Positions 26,232 to 35,548 of a stretch of 55,584 nucleotides of DNA are shown here, piece after piece. The stretch comes from a virus (taxonomy: Duplodnaviria > Caudoviricetes), in the IMG/VR virus record IMGVR_UViG_3300012985_000002, positions 1-55,584 of that record. One strand, given 5' to 3'. The first letter of the stretch is position 1. Each line of letters starts with the position of its first letter. The position numbers and the translations under genes are program-made. The notes beneath the pieces are model-generated. The model had not been told where the DNA came from, made no database searches, and worked only from the letters and a program-made list of their open reading frames with translations.

Positions 26232-27626
26232 ATGAGCTTCCTGGATGATGTAATCAACTTCCTGAGCGGACGTGGAACACCCGCACAGTCGAAGACCCCG
26301 GCGAAGCCGTCGTCCACTCCGTCTCCCAAGACACAGACGCGGACTGTATCTCCGGGACGCGTGCAGTCCGCGTCTGTACCGGTCCTCTCCGGGGGCGGTG
26401 GAGGCGGTGGAGGCGGTGGCATGCGAGGCATGTCACTGTCTGCACCTGCCCCGTCGCCTGAACCAGCACCCGCGCCTGACCCCGTGCAGACCTTCATCCA
26501 GCCCACTCAGCCGGAAGAAAAGAAGCCCGAGAAGAAGGAATACAACTTCTGGGACGACCTCGGCGCGTGGTTCACGTCTCCTGCTGAGGGTAGCATCTTC
26601 ACCACGCCCATCGCTGGTGCTGCTCAGAAGAAGGAAGACGAGCAGAACCTCTGGAACAGCGTCATGGGCGAGGGCAATCTCACGCCCGAGGGTGGCATCA
26701 AGATTCCGACCAACGAACAGCTCAAGCAGCTCGGTCGCGAAGATGAAGTTATCAACGTCGACGGCGACCTCCGGCCTGTTACCAACTCGCCGTTCGAGAA
26801 CGTCGCCAACCGGGAGGCTGCTGCAGCTGCAGACGCAATCAACGCTCGCGAGGGCTTCACTGACTCGCTCTACAACTTCGAAGGTCCGCGCCAGGTGCGT
26901 GAGCTCACTCCTGAAGAGTGGGCAGGACTCTCGCCTGAGCAGCAGAAGGGCGTCATCGCCACGTACGCTCTGTATGAGGCGTCTCTCGCCGACCGCACGG
27001 CTGAGGGCAAGGCCGATGAAGACTACAACCAGGCTGTCCTGGACATCTTCGGTGAGGGTGGCGGGTCCGACACCTACATGCCGAACACGATCAAGGTGCT
27101 GCAGGACCTCGGTTATAACACTGAGACCGGCGACCTCGACAACTTCCGTACGACGAACGCGATCGCTGACTACCGAGACATCCTCGGCTCAGGCGGTCTC
27201 AAGGGCGAGGGACAGCGGCTGGAGGTCTTCAACGACCTCGCCGCCAGCCCCGCGTTCAACGACGAAAGCGTCCAGGTGTCCCTGGAAGCAGGTGCAAGCC
27301 TGCTCGACTCGCTCCGGAACAGCGGGTCGTTTGCTCCCAGCGTATTCGAGTTCGGTGGTCTTTCTACTCCGGTTACCGAGCTCGGCGCTGAGGATCAGGA
27401 CTACCTCATGACCATGCTCAAGGGCCTGGCCAGCAGGGACATCTGGGCGCGACTGTCCGAGGAACAGAACCTCAACGACGAAGTCACGGCTGACCTCCAG
27501 GCCGCTCGTGACAAGTACGGTGATGACGTCATCTCCACGTTCTTCCTCAACAACATCTCGGGCTTCACCAACAACACCGACTTCATGACGCCGGAAGAGT
27601 TCCGCACAAACTGGATTGGAGGCTGA
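26232..27626 (+). CDS. Putative internal virion / ejection protein (464 aa)
   Basis: RBS and ATG at 26232. Pro/Gly low-complexity N-terminus and acidic helical body. Lies before the tail adaptor genes. Confidence 0.5.
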   Translation: MSFLDDVINFLSGRGTPAQSKTPAKPSSTPSPKTQTRTVSPGRVQSASVPVLSGGGGGGGGGGMRGMSLSAPAPSPEPAPAPDPVQTFIQPTQPEEKKPEKKEYNFWDDLGAWFTSPAEGSIFTTPIAGAAQKKEDEQNLWNSVMGEGNLTPEGGIKIPTNEQLKQLGREDEVINVDGDLRPVTNSPFENVANREAAAAADAINAREGFTDSLYNFEGPRQVRELTPEEWAGLSPEQQKGVIATYALYEASLADRTAEGKADEDYNQAVLDIFGEGGGSDTYMPNTIKVLQDLGYNTETGDLDNFRTTNAIADYRDILGSGGLKGEGQRLEVFNDLAASPAFNDESVQVSLEAGASLLDSLRNSGSFAPSVFEFGGLSTPVTELGAEDQDYLMTMLKGLASRDIWARLSEEQNLNDEVTADLQAARDKYGDDVISTFFLNNISGFTNNTDFMTPEEFRTNWIGG

Positions 27627-27627
27627 C

Positions 27628-28701
27628 GTGGCTAAGGACGTCAACGACATCTACGACCTGTCTCTGTTCGGGTCGAAGAAGAGCAAGCCGCCGTCGCCTG
27701 CTCAGGTGGCGCGCACCAACGCCGCGTCGCAGGCCCGCTACGAAGGTCAGGCCGCGCGCTACGCTGCCATGCAGGGTGGGGTGCTCAAGGCCCCCGACGA
27801 CCCGACCACGACCACGACGAGGAACCCCGGTCCCGTCACCAGGTCGACGAACACGAACAATGGCGGTGGTGGTCCGTCTGCGTCGGAGCTCGCCGCTCGC
27901 AAGGCGGGCAAGGACGCGTCGGCCAAGCAGAACCAGGCGACGCAGGACATCATCAATGCCCTGCTCAACTCGCTCGGCGGGTTCGCCTCGGGCCGTGACA
28001 CGCAGATCGCGAATGCCAGTCGTCAGCTGGAGGCCAGCCTCAACGGCATCCTCAAGAACTACACTGCTGCAGTGGATGACTACGAGGAGTCGGCTGAGGG
28101 CAACCAGCAGGACCAGGCCGCGAAGAGTGCTGCCAACGCCACGAACCGTGCGCGCGAGCGTATCTCGCTGCTGCTGCAGGCTGCAAGCCAGGGTGCGGGC
28201 GAGACCGACCAGTTCCGTTCTTCGATCATGGCCGCACTCAACGCTGACGCCAACCAGCAGGAAATCGACCGCTCGTTCTTCGACACCGAGCGCTCGATCA
28301 ACTCGCAGATCGCTGGTGCCAACAGCCAGGCTGAGAGCCAGCGTCGGTCTGCGTGGGAGCAGAACCAGGAGCAGGTCGGCTCGGCGTGGAATGAGTACTG
28401 GAAGAACTACAGTGACACCATGACCAACGTTCAGCGCACCGCGGCGAGCAACACCAACGTCGACTCCGACTACTCGACCGCGTTCAACGCCGACCTGCGT
28501 GGCATGAACGCCGTGGACGAGGCGTCGAAGTACGCTGGCAAGACGTACCAGACCGAGAACAAGGACGACGAGTGGTTCAAGAACTTCGTCGGTCGTAAGG
28601 AGGGGAAGAACACTGACGTGACCTCGACCTCCCGCGCCGGTGCTGTTCAGATCGCCGCCCCCAAGTCTGCTGAGGGCGCAACGCTGAGGAAGTCGGCATG
28701 A
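27628..28701 (+). CDS. Putative internal virion / ejection protein (Ala/Gln/Asn-rich helical, 357 aa)
   Basis: RBS GGAGG and GTG at 27628. Composition resembles podovirus pilot or ejection proteins. Confidence 0.5.
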   Translation: MAKDVNDIYDLSLFGSKKSKPPSPAQVARTNAASQARYEGQAARYAAMQGGVLKAPDDPTTTTTRNPGPVTRSTNTNNGGGGPSASELAARKAGKDASAKQNQATQDIINALLNSLGGFASGRDTQIANASRQLEASLNGILKNYTAAVDDYEESAEGNQQDQAAKSAANATNRARERISLLLQAASQGAGETDQFRSSIMAALNADANQQEIDRSFFDTERSINSQIAGANSQAESQRRSAWEQNQEQVGSAWNEYWKNYSDTMTNVQRTAASNTNVDSDYSTAFNADLRGMNAVDEASKYAGKTYQTENKDDEWFKNFVGRKEGKNTDVTSTSRAGAVQIAAPKSAEGATLRKSA

Positions 28702-29486
28702 ACCCCGATGTCGGCCTGACGCTGGACGAGGCCGTCGCAGAGGTCCAAGGCCTGCTCACGGGTCTGGACTTGGAGCTCGACCCTGAGCTCGACCAGTACA
28801 ACGCGATCACGCGTCAGCTGAACCGTGGACTCAGGGCCGTCGCTCTGGAGTCGGAGTGGTCGTACTACTCGTCCACCGAGAACGTCGGCACGGTGCACGC
28901 CAACGACCGGTCTGTCGTCATCCGCTCCACTCTCCGTCCTCGCATCATCGGCAACGACTCATGTCGCCTGGTGAGGCCTGACGGACAGGTCGTGGAGTGG
29001 ATCGCGTGGGTTCCTCGGGACGCCCTGCAGGTGTACGCCTGGCAGCACGGCCTGTGGGCTGCTCACACACGCTCTGCGATCATGCTCTCCCGCCCGATCT
29101 TCCAGCACGAAGACGGTCTGGAGTTCCACGTGCCTGTCATGCGGGAGCCGGTCATGTTCCGTCTGCCGCTCCAGCCCACTGACGGCTCGGACACCGTGCC
29201 GGTGCCTGACGACGTACGAGAGCAGCTAGTCGACTTCGACTACCCTGACCTCGTCGTTCGCAAGGCCGCGTACTTCTACGCTCAGACGAACCCGCTGTGG
29301 CAGCCCCGTGTGCAGACACTGGAAGCCAACTACAAGGAGCTCCTGTACCCGCTGGTCGAGCGCGACACTCGTTACACTGACGCGCCTCCGCAGAACGAGT
29401 GGCTCCTGCCCATCTCGGGCAGCATCGGTGACGACCGCTCTGGTCGTTCGCCTCGTCCGTCTGCCGATTGGGATCGACTGTTCTAA
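28698..29486 (+). CDS. Putative tail adaptor (tail tubular protein A-like)
   Basis: 262 aa, directly before the nozzle-like gene, ALESEWSY motif. Confidence 0.5.
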   Translation: MNPDVGLTLDEAVAEVQGLLTGLDLELDPELDQYNAITRQLNRGLRAVALESEWSYYSSTENVGTVHANDRSVVIRSTLRPRIIGNDSCRLVRPDGQVVEWIAWVPRDALQVYAWQHGLWAAHTRSAIMLSRPIFQHEDGLEFHVPVMREPVMFRLPLQPTDGSDTVPVPDDVREQLVDFDYPDLVVRKAAYFYAQTNPLWQPRVQTLEANYKELLYPLVERDTRYTDAPPQNEWLLPISGSIGDDRSGRSPRPSADWDRLF

Positions 29487-31876
29487 TGGCTGAGAAGAAG
29501 AGCATCCCGGCACCCATCGACCGTCCGCTGGCTCGCGCCTACCTGCGTGAGTTCAGTGGATGGTCGACGGCGTACCCTCCTGGACTCAGTGACCCGACGA
29601 GTCTCCGCACGATGGAGAACGTCTACGTCACGCGAGAGGGTGCAGCACGCCAGCGTCCGGGTATCCGCTCTGTCTTCACCGAGGACTGGTGGCTCGGCAA
29701 CGCCGGTGAGTCCATCGTCGGCTCGTTCGAGCACTTCGTGTATGACTCGTTCGGCACGCCTGCTCTGCTGTTCGCAGTGCGTGACGCGAGCAACAACGTC
29801 AAGTTCCGTGTGGTCACCTACAACGCGGGCACCCAGCGGTACAACGACCAGCCTGGCGTGTTTCCAGGCCTGACGTTCTCTGCAGCAACGACCTACGTCA
29901 AGTACCTGCAGATCGACAACAAGATCCTCGCGCTGTCCAATGACCCCGACGAGTCGGCGATCATGTTCTTCGTGGGTGACACGAAGAGCGCGAAGAAGAT
30001 TCCGCCTGGCGGACTCGCCCTGCCTGCTGCTACGGATGCCCTCATCGTGACGCACCCCGAAGCGGCCTGGATCGATGACACCACCAAGGGTCGTGTCGGT
30101 CCACCTGCTATCGGTTCGGAGACTCCGACCGTCAACACGCTCATCCACAGCACGCCTGCGAACAACACGTACTCGTTCGCGTACTTCTATACTTTCGAGA
30201 CAGAGTTCGGCGAGTCCGCCGCTTCCGCCATTCAGGTCATCAAGACCCAGCGAGGCTGGAGCCAGTGGAAGTTCAACTCGCCTGACGCATCCGGTAACCC
30301 GGAGACCACGATCGTGACCGACCCGACGTTGGCCATGGACCAGCTTGTTGCTCAGCTTCCGGCTGGTCAGTACGCATCCGCGAAAGCAGCAGGAGCGATC
30401 AAGTGGAATCTGTACCAGTTCACATGGAACGACACCAGCCCGGTTCCGTCAGTGGCGACGCTCGTCGGCACCCGGAAGATTACCGCGAGCGGAACGGAAG
30501 AGACAGAGTCGTGGATCATCAACACGGCGGCGGCACTCTCCGACACGTACGTCGTCCCTGTACCGAACTCTGAGAACAGAGAGAACTACTCGGGTGCGCC
30601 GTTCGCTCGCAACGGAATCGCGGCGGGCGACCGGCTCATCCTGGTCTACGACGGTGAGAACCAGGCTCGCATCCACTGGTCTTCGAACATTCCTGGTGAG
30701 TACACCAACTTCTCTCCTGCCAAGGGCGGCGGGCGCAAGACTCTGTCCAGCGGTAACCTGCTCGTTCCCCTGAACGTGCAGCTGTGGCAGAACCCTCAGG
30801 CGACTGACACGCTCACGATCACCTGCAAGGGACTCAATGGATACCACGCCGCCTACTACATGGCCCCCGCGTCGGTCAACGGTCAAACCGACTCGACTCT
30901 CATCATGGGCTTCGAGGAAACGACGGCAACTCCTGGCACGGTTGCTCCGTATGGGGTTGAGGTTCTGAACAACAAGCTGTACCACGCCCTCGAAGCGGAG
31001 CTCATGGCGAGCACTGCGGCGAACTACAGCATCAGCCACAAGACGATGACAACTGACATCGCGAACAAGTGGCAGAACCTCGCGGACAAGGAGAGCATCA
31101 TCTCCGCTCAGCACGACAACCGCCTGTACTTCATCGTGCACAACCCTGACGGCGAGACGCTCGAACAGGACTGCATGGGCAACGAGGTCTGGGTCCTCGA
31201 CCTCGGTATCGAGACCCCGACGTGGTCGCGATGGCTCGTGCAGGGTATCAGTCTGCACAAACTGCAGGTCGGCAACAAGCTGTACATGGCGATCGTCAAG
31301 CCGGACGCGATCTTCATCTTCGATGAAATGGCGTTCGCAGACGAGTACGCCGTAGGTGCAGACACTCAGCTGCAGAACATCAAGTGGGCGCTGGAAACCA
31401 ACACCCTCGGTGCGAACAAGGCTCACGACATGTGGGCTCTGCTCTACCAGGCTCAGCTGCACATCGGCGACTTCGTCGGCGAGTTCGAGTGGGGCATTCG
31501 CGGTTACGACGTACGGAACCGCTACGTGGAGTTCACGAAGAACACCAAGAGCGCTCAGGACAACACCGGTATCACGTTCACGGGTGGTCGCATCAGTGGT
31601 GGCGTGGACCTCGGAGACACGAACGACTTCCTCGAAATCAAGCGCAACATGATGGAGTGGACGTTCTTCGCCCGCTCCGTGGTGGATGGTGCGACTGTCA
31701 AGATGTTCTTCGGACAGATCGACTTCGCACAGTTCATGCTGATGCAGCAGTCCACGAATGTCAACACCGAGCTCGGTTCGATCCAGACGTTCGAGTACCA
31801 GCGCAACGCACAGTACGGCAACAACCCCATCACTGCCAACGGCATCCCGATGCCCAACGATCCTCGGAGACCGTAA
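29486..31876 (+). CDS. Tail nozzle (tail tubular protein B / P22 gp10-like), 796 aa
   Basis: N-terminal MENVYVTREGAARQRPG motif, IHWSS and WSRW motifs, beta-rich, typical size. Confidence 0.7.
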   Translation: MAEKKSIPAPIDRPLARAYLREFSGWSTAYPPGLSDPTSLRTMENVYVTREGAARQRPGIRSVFTEDWWLGNAGESIVGSFEHFVYDSFGTPALLFAVRDASNNVKFRVVTYNAGTQRYNDQPGVFPGLTFSAATTYVKYLQIDNKILALSNDPDESAIMFFVGDTKSAKKIPPGGLALPAATDALIVTHPEAAWIDDTTKGRVGPPAIGSETPTVNTLIHSTPANNTYSFAYFYTFETEFGESAASAIQVIKTQRGWSQWKFNSPDASGNPETTIVTDPTLAMDQLVAQLPAGQYASAKAAGAIKWNLYQFTWNDTSPVPSVATLVGTRKITASGTEETESWIINTAAALSDTYVVPVPNSENRENYSGAPFARNGIAAGDRLILVYDGENQARIHWSSNIPGEYTNFSPAKGGGRKTLSSGNLLVPLNVQLWQNPQATDTLTITCKGLNGYHAAYYMAPASVNGQTDSTLIMGFEETTATPGTVAPYGVEVLNNKLYHALEAELMASTAANYSISHKTMTTDIANKWQNLADKESIISAQHDNRLYFIVHNPDGETLEQDCMGNEVWVLDLGIETPTWSRWLVQGISLHKLQVGNKLYMAIVKPDAIFIFDEMAFADEYAVGADTQLQNIKWALETNTLGANKAHDMWALLYQAQLHIGDFVGEFEWGIRGYDVRNRYVEFTKNTKSAQDNTGITFTGGRISGGVDLGDTNDFLEIKRNMMEWTFFARSVVDGATVKMFFGQIDFAQFMLMQQSTNVNTELGSIQTFEYQRNAQYGNNPITANGIPMPNDPRRP

Positions 31877-32427
31877 TGTACAACGGAATGGGAAACGAGC
31901 TCTACTCCATCCTGGCAGAGCTCTACCGACTCAACGGAAAGGGAACCCCTCCAGTGTTCACGACCAAGGGCAAGGCCCTCACCGACATCGTCTACGAGGC
32001 CGAGCGCCTCGACACGGGTGCCTACGGTACCTACCCGGCCTACACGTCGGAGGGTGACCTGCTCGACCGGCTCGGTATCGCGCTCGCGGGTACCACCATC
32101 AGTGCAGGAGAGGCCCCTCTCGCTACGACCACGATCAACGTGCCCGGTGCGGGTGTGACGGTCGGAACAGGTACGCCGACAGGTACCATCGTCGCGAAGA
32201 AGTTCGCGAACCGTGTCGAACTGGAGTTCGACATCTCTGGTCCTGCCGCGTGGGCGTTCGGCTTCGCACACACCACTGACGTGCCCCGCCCGAAGTACAA
32301 CGGCTTCTTCGAGCACGACGTCACCGGCAACGGTTACCTGAGCGTCAACGGCGGCGCGGCGAACATCGATGTTGTGTCCGGCACCGCTTGGACGTGGACC
32401 GATATCCTGATCGCCTACACGTACTAG
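31876..32427 (+). CDS. Hypothetical virion protein (183 aa)
   Basis: TAATG coupling to the nozzle gene, good codon use. Confidence 0.65.
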   Translation: MYNGMGNELYSILAELYRLNGKGTPPVFTTKGKALTDIVYEAERLDTGAYGTYPAYTSEGDLLDRLGIALAGTTISAGEAPLATTTINVPGAGVTVGTGTPTGTIVAKKFANRVELEFDISGPAAWAFGFAHTTDVPRPKYNGFFEHDVTGNGYLSVNGGAANIDVVSGTAWTWTDILIAYTY

Positions 32428-32449
32428 CCCCTCCGCCGCCCGGAAACCG

Positions 32450-32457
32450 GGTATAAT
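32450..32457 (+). promoter_or_regulatory. -10 element GGTATAAT
   Basis: Intergenic, upstream of RBS GGAGG and 32505. Confidence 0.6.
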
Positions 32458-32504
32458 GGCGGTGAGTGGCCGAAAATGGCCCCCAACCGCCCTAGGAGGA
32501 TGCC

Positions 32505-33425
32505 GTGGCTGTTCCACGCAAAGCAGTGCTCTGGCAGCAGTTGAAGGCTGCTGCAGAGGTCGGGGTGCCCGTGCCCTTCGACAAGCCGTTCGTCAACTAC
32601 ACCGAAGCAGAGCTCGAAGGTCTCGTGGCTCAGTACCTCGGCGACACGTACGAGGAAGAGACGCCGCCCGCGCCGGAACCGGCCCCGATCGACCTGGCCA
32701 GTCTCCCCACCGCTGGCGCTCTCGCAGCCGCTCGCGGCCCCGTTCCGGAGGCGGGTGACCCCGGCATCCCCGCGCCGGAAGCGCCCCAGACGCGGGCACC
32801 TGGCGCGCCGCACCCCGCCGACTGTGACTCCAGCACGAAGTGCGGGAAGCTCATTCACCACCACTTCGAGTGGAGCCAGTACTCTCCTGAGACCCTCGCA
32901 CGCCTTCTGGGTGTGCCGTTCTCGGACGAGGCCAGCCGCCGTGCAGGTCTCACGTTCAACACCCACGGCCCCGACGACCCGATCCGTGTCGACTCGTCGG
33001 GCAAGGTGTGGTTCCTCGATGAGGTCCCCAAGCCTGCTCGCCCGCTCCCGCGCATGATCCGCAAGGTCCGCTACGTCAACACCGGCGTGCAGGACCACGA
33101 GCGTCGGCTCGGCAACGGCCAGCTCGATGAGTCGTTCGAGATTCCCGGAACGGGTACCGAAGTCGGCGAGATCAAGGTGACCCTGCCCTCGATGCAGGTC
33201 GGTGTGTACAAGGAGCAGCGTCTGCCCTTCAAGGTACACATCTACAACATGCAGCGAGGCTTCGACCGTCTCGATGTCGTGCGCTACTTCGGTGGCATCG
33301 ACCTCGTCCCGACCTCCATCGGCACGCTCTACGTCGGCAGCGACCTCTGCTACGACATCAAGCAGACGATGGACACCATGGAGCGCATGCTCCGCGACCT
33401 GCAGCTTGGAAGGAGCTACATCTAA
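32505..33425 (+). CDS. Hypothetical protein (306 aa)
   Basis: RBS GGAGG, GC3 bias, Pro/Ala linker. Confidence 0.8.
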   Translation: MAVPRKAVLWQQLKAAAEVGVPVPFDKPFVNYTEAELEGLVAQYLGDTYEEETPPAPEPAPIDLASLPTAGALAAARGPVPEAGDPGIPAPEAPQTRAPGAPHPADCDSSTKCGKLIHHHFEWSQYSPETLARLLGVPFSDEASRRAGLTFNTHGPDDPIRVDSSGKVWFLDEVPKPARPLPRMIRKVRYVNTGVQDHERRLGNGQLDESFEIPGTGTEVGEIKVTLPSMQVGVYKEQRLPFKVHIYNMQRGFDRLDVVRYFGGIDLVPTSIGTLYVGSDLCYDIKQTMDTMERMLRDLQLGRSYI

Positions 33426-34063
33426 TGTCCGAAACCCCCATCGAAGTCCCGGAACTCGTCGCCGACCCCGACATCGAGCTCGAGGACGAGAACCCGATGA
33501 ACCGCCCCGAGATGCAGGAGGCGATTCAGAAGGCTCAGACCGGCCAGTACGAGACGACCATGTTCCAGATGTGGGACGAAACCCTCCAGGTCGCGATCAA
33601 CCAGGCCAAGCAGCCGCTCAGCGTGTCCGTCGCCCTCGGACTCCTGCGCGACTACCCCTGGCTCCGCCACAAGGACCTGCCGATGTACCTCGCCGAGCGT
33701 GTCAAGATGCTCGAAGAGGCCCTCCGCGTGCTCCGCAAGTGCTACCCGAAGGACCCCATCGAGCTCTTCGCGGAGAACAAGGACGACTGGAAGGAGCACG
33801 AGCAGGCGTACCACTCGGTGCTCGTCGGCTGGACCCGCGCCTCGAACCGTTGGCACCGTCGCTGGGAGGCAATCCCCTTGACGCGCGGTGACAAGGGCAT
33901 CATCCACGCCGTCGTGCTCGACGCGTCGGCACTCATCATCCACCCGTCCGCTGGTCTGTTCACCAACGTTCGTGAGATGGCTGGCTTCTCGTTCTCGGAC
34001 GCCCAGCACAACGCGAACCAGGTCCGCATCAGCGCCGAGACCGACTGGACCGACGATGTCTGA
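33425..34063 (+). CDS. Hypothetical protein (212 aa)
   Basis: RBS AAGGAG, TAATG coupling. Confidence 0.8.
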   Translation: MSETPIEVPELVADPDIELEDENPMNRPEMQEAIQKAQTGQYETTMFQMWDETLQVAINQAKQPLSVSVALGLLRDYPWLRHKDLPMYLAERVKMLEEALRVLRKCYPKDPIELFAENKDDWKEHEQAYHSVLVGWTRASNRWHRRWEAIPLTRGDKGIIHAVVLDASALIIHPSAGLFTNVREMAGFSFSDAQHNANQVRISAETDWTDDV

Positions 34064-35180
34064 TGTCAATCCGACTGGCGACTACCACTCTGAAATCAAT
34101 CCGCTTTTTGCGGCTGCTTTCAACAAAGTTCAGGCACAGGAGGCTGCTGCGGCGGCAGGCCAGAGCGGAGAAGCGGCTGGCGCTCCTGCAGAAGGAGCTC
34201 CGGCACCAACTCCTGGTGACCAAGGAGCTGGAGCAGCTGCTGGAGATGGAGCAGCACCGGGAGACGGAACTCTCGCCGGTGCCCCCAGTGCCGGTGATCT
34301 TGCGGCAGGAACCGGAGTTCAGACTCCGGGAGCTGGAGTTCAGCCGCCTGCCTCTGGAGCCGGAGCTGGATCATCCGCTCCTGCTGGAGCTCCTGAATCT
34401 CCCGCCGCAGGAGAACTCCGAGGACACGAAGCTGCTGAAGTCACCCGAATCCTCGGAGACGCCCAGTCCGCCGCCAACGAGCGACTCGACGCCGCAATCA
34501 AGAACCAAGCTCTGAGCGAGTACCGGGACTCCATCAACCCCGAGATTCTCGAAGCGCTTCGGTTCTCGCCGACCGAGCTCGTCGGCACGGAGGTTCCGAG
34601 CATCCAGCGTGGAGCACAGCCCGGCACGAAGGTGCTCATCCGGGACGGCCAGCAGGCTCGTGACTACATCGAAGGCGCGAGCAAGCTGATCGAGCGTGGG
34701 GTCGAGGACTTGGTGGGTACCAAGAACCGCGAGCTCCAGCCACTCCGCTCTGTGATCCAGGAGTCGTTCCTGCTCTTCCAGAACAACCCCGACATCGTGG
34801 AAGGTTCCAAGACCTTCGACAAGGAGCTGGCAACGCGGTTCGCGTCCATGGCTCAGTCGTTCGCGTTCATCCACAACGGGCAGACCATCGGCTACCAGGG
34901 CAACGTCCAGCCGATGCTGAACGAACTCCGCACCAACCTCGCCAAGGAGCGCGGTGCGAGCGGTGAGCGGGTCAACGCCGCTCAGCGTGCAGAGCAGCAG
35001 CGACAGGTCGCCGCTCAGCAGCAGCGTCAGCCCAACGGTCAGTTCCAGGGTCAGCAGCCCCAGGCTGGCATTCCCTCGACACAGGGCATGTCTGCCGACA
35101 AGGGCGAGGACGACGACTACGGCGCGTTCTGGCAGGCCAGCGGTGCTGCACACCTTCGGCGGGGAGTCACCCCGCTGTAA
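34056..35180 (+). CDS. Hypothetical protein, possibly capsid scaffolding (374 aa)
   Basis: Disordered Ala/Gly/Pro N-terminus, helical core, Gln-rich tail. The function is inferred. Confidence 0.55.
   Translation: MSDVNPTGDYHSEINPLFAAAFNKVQAQEAAAAAGQSGEAAGAPAEGAPAPTPGDQGAGAAAGDGAAPGDGTLAGAPSAGDLAAGTGVQTPGAGVQPPASGAGAGSSAPAGAPESPAAGELRGHEAAEVTRILGDAQSAANERLDAAIKNQALSEYRDSINPEILEALRFSPTELVGTEVPSIQRGAQPGTKVLIRDGQQARDYIEGASKLIERGVEDLVGTKNRELQPLRSVIQESFLLFQNNPDIVEGSKTFDKELATRFASMAQSFAFIHNGQTIGYQGNVQPMLNELRTNLAKERGASGERVNAAQRAEQQRQVAAQQQRQPNGQFQGQQPQAGIPSTQGMSADKGEDDDYGAFWQASGAAHLRRGVTPL
34063..34515 (+). CDS. Putative overprinted +1-frame gene (150 aa, Leu/Glu/Arg-rich)
   Basis: ATG overlaps the upstream stop (TGATG). 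Uses preferred CTG/GAG/CAG codons while the 34056 frame uses rare GGA/GCT/CAA/TTT. Confidence 0.5.
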   Translation: MSIRLATTTLKSIRFLRLLSTKFRHRRLLRRQARAEKRLALLQKELRHQLLVTKELEQLLEMEQHRETELSPVPPVPVILRQEPEFRLRELEFSRLPLEPELDHPLLLELLNLPPQENSEDTKLLKSPESSETPSPPPTSDSTPQSRTKL

Positions 35181-35284
35181 CCGACCGGGAGGGCGTCGTA
35201 ACACCCCCAGCCTGTTCCCCGGCAGGTGCGGCGTCCTCCCACTCAACTTCCAGAACGCGTCTGGGAGAGAAAAGGATGATCATC

Positions 35285-35545
35285 ATGGCAGAAACCGCCG
35301 CGGCCAAGAAGGCCAAGGAGGAAGAGGCGAAGGCAGCTGCAGCCGCCGACGCCTCGAAGGACGAGCAGTCGGAGCCCCTGCTCGACAAGACGCCGGAAGA
35401 CTCGGAGCTCACGCTCAACGAGCGCCTCAACAACGTCTGGGTCGAGCTCACGAACGGGTACATCGACAACCCCGCCCGCGCCACCGCCGTCCGTCACCTG
35501 GAGGGGCTGCAGCTCGCGGTCCTCGAGCTCGAGCCGATCGAGTAA
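35285..35545 (+). CDS. Hypothetical protein (86 aa)
   Basis: RBS AAAGGA, strong codon bias. Alternative start at 35276. Confidence 0.75.
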   Translation: MAETAAAKKAKEEEAKAAAAADASKDEQSEPLLDKTPEDSELTLNERLNNVWVELTNGYIDNPARATAVRHLEGLQLAVLELEPIE

Positions 35546-35548
35546 CAC

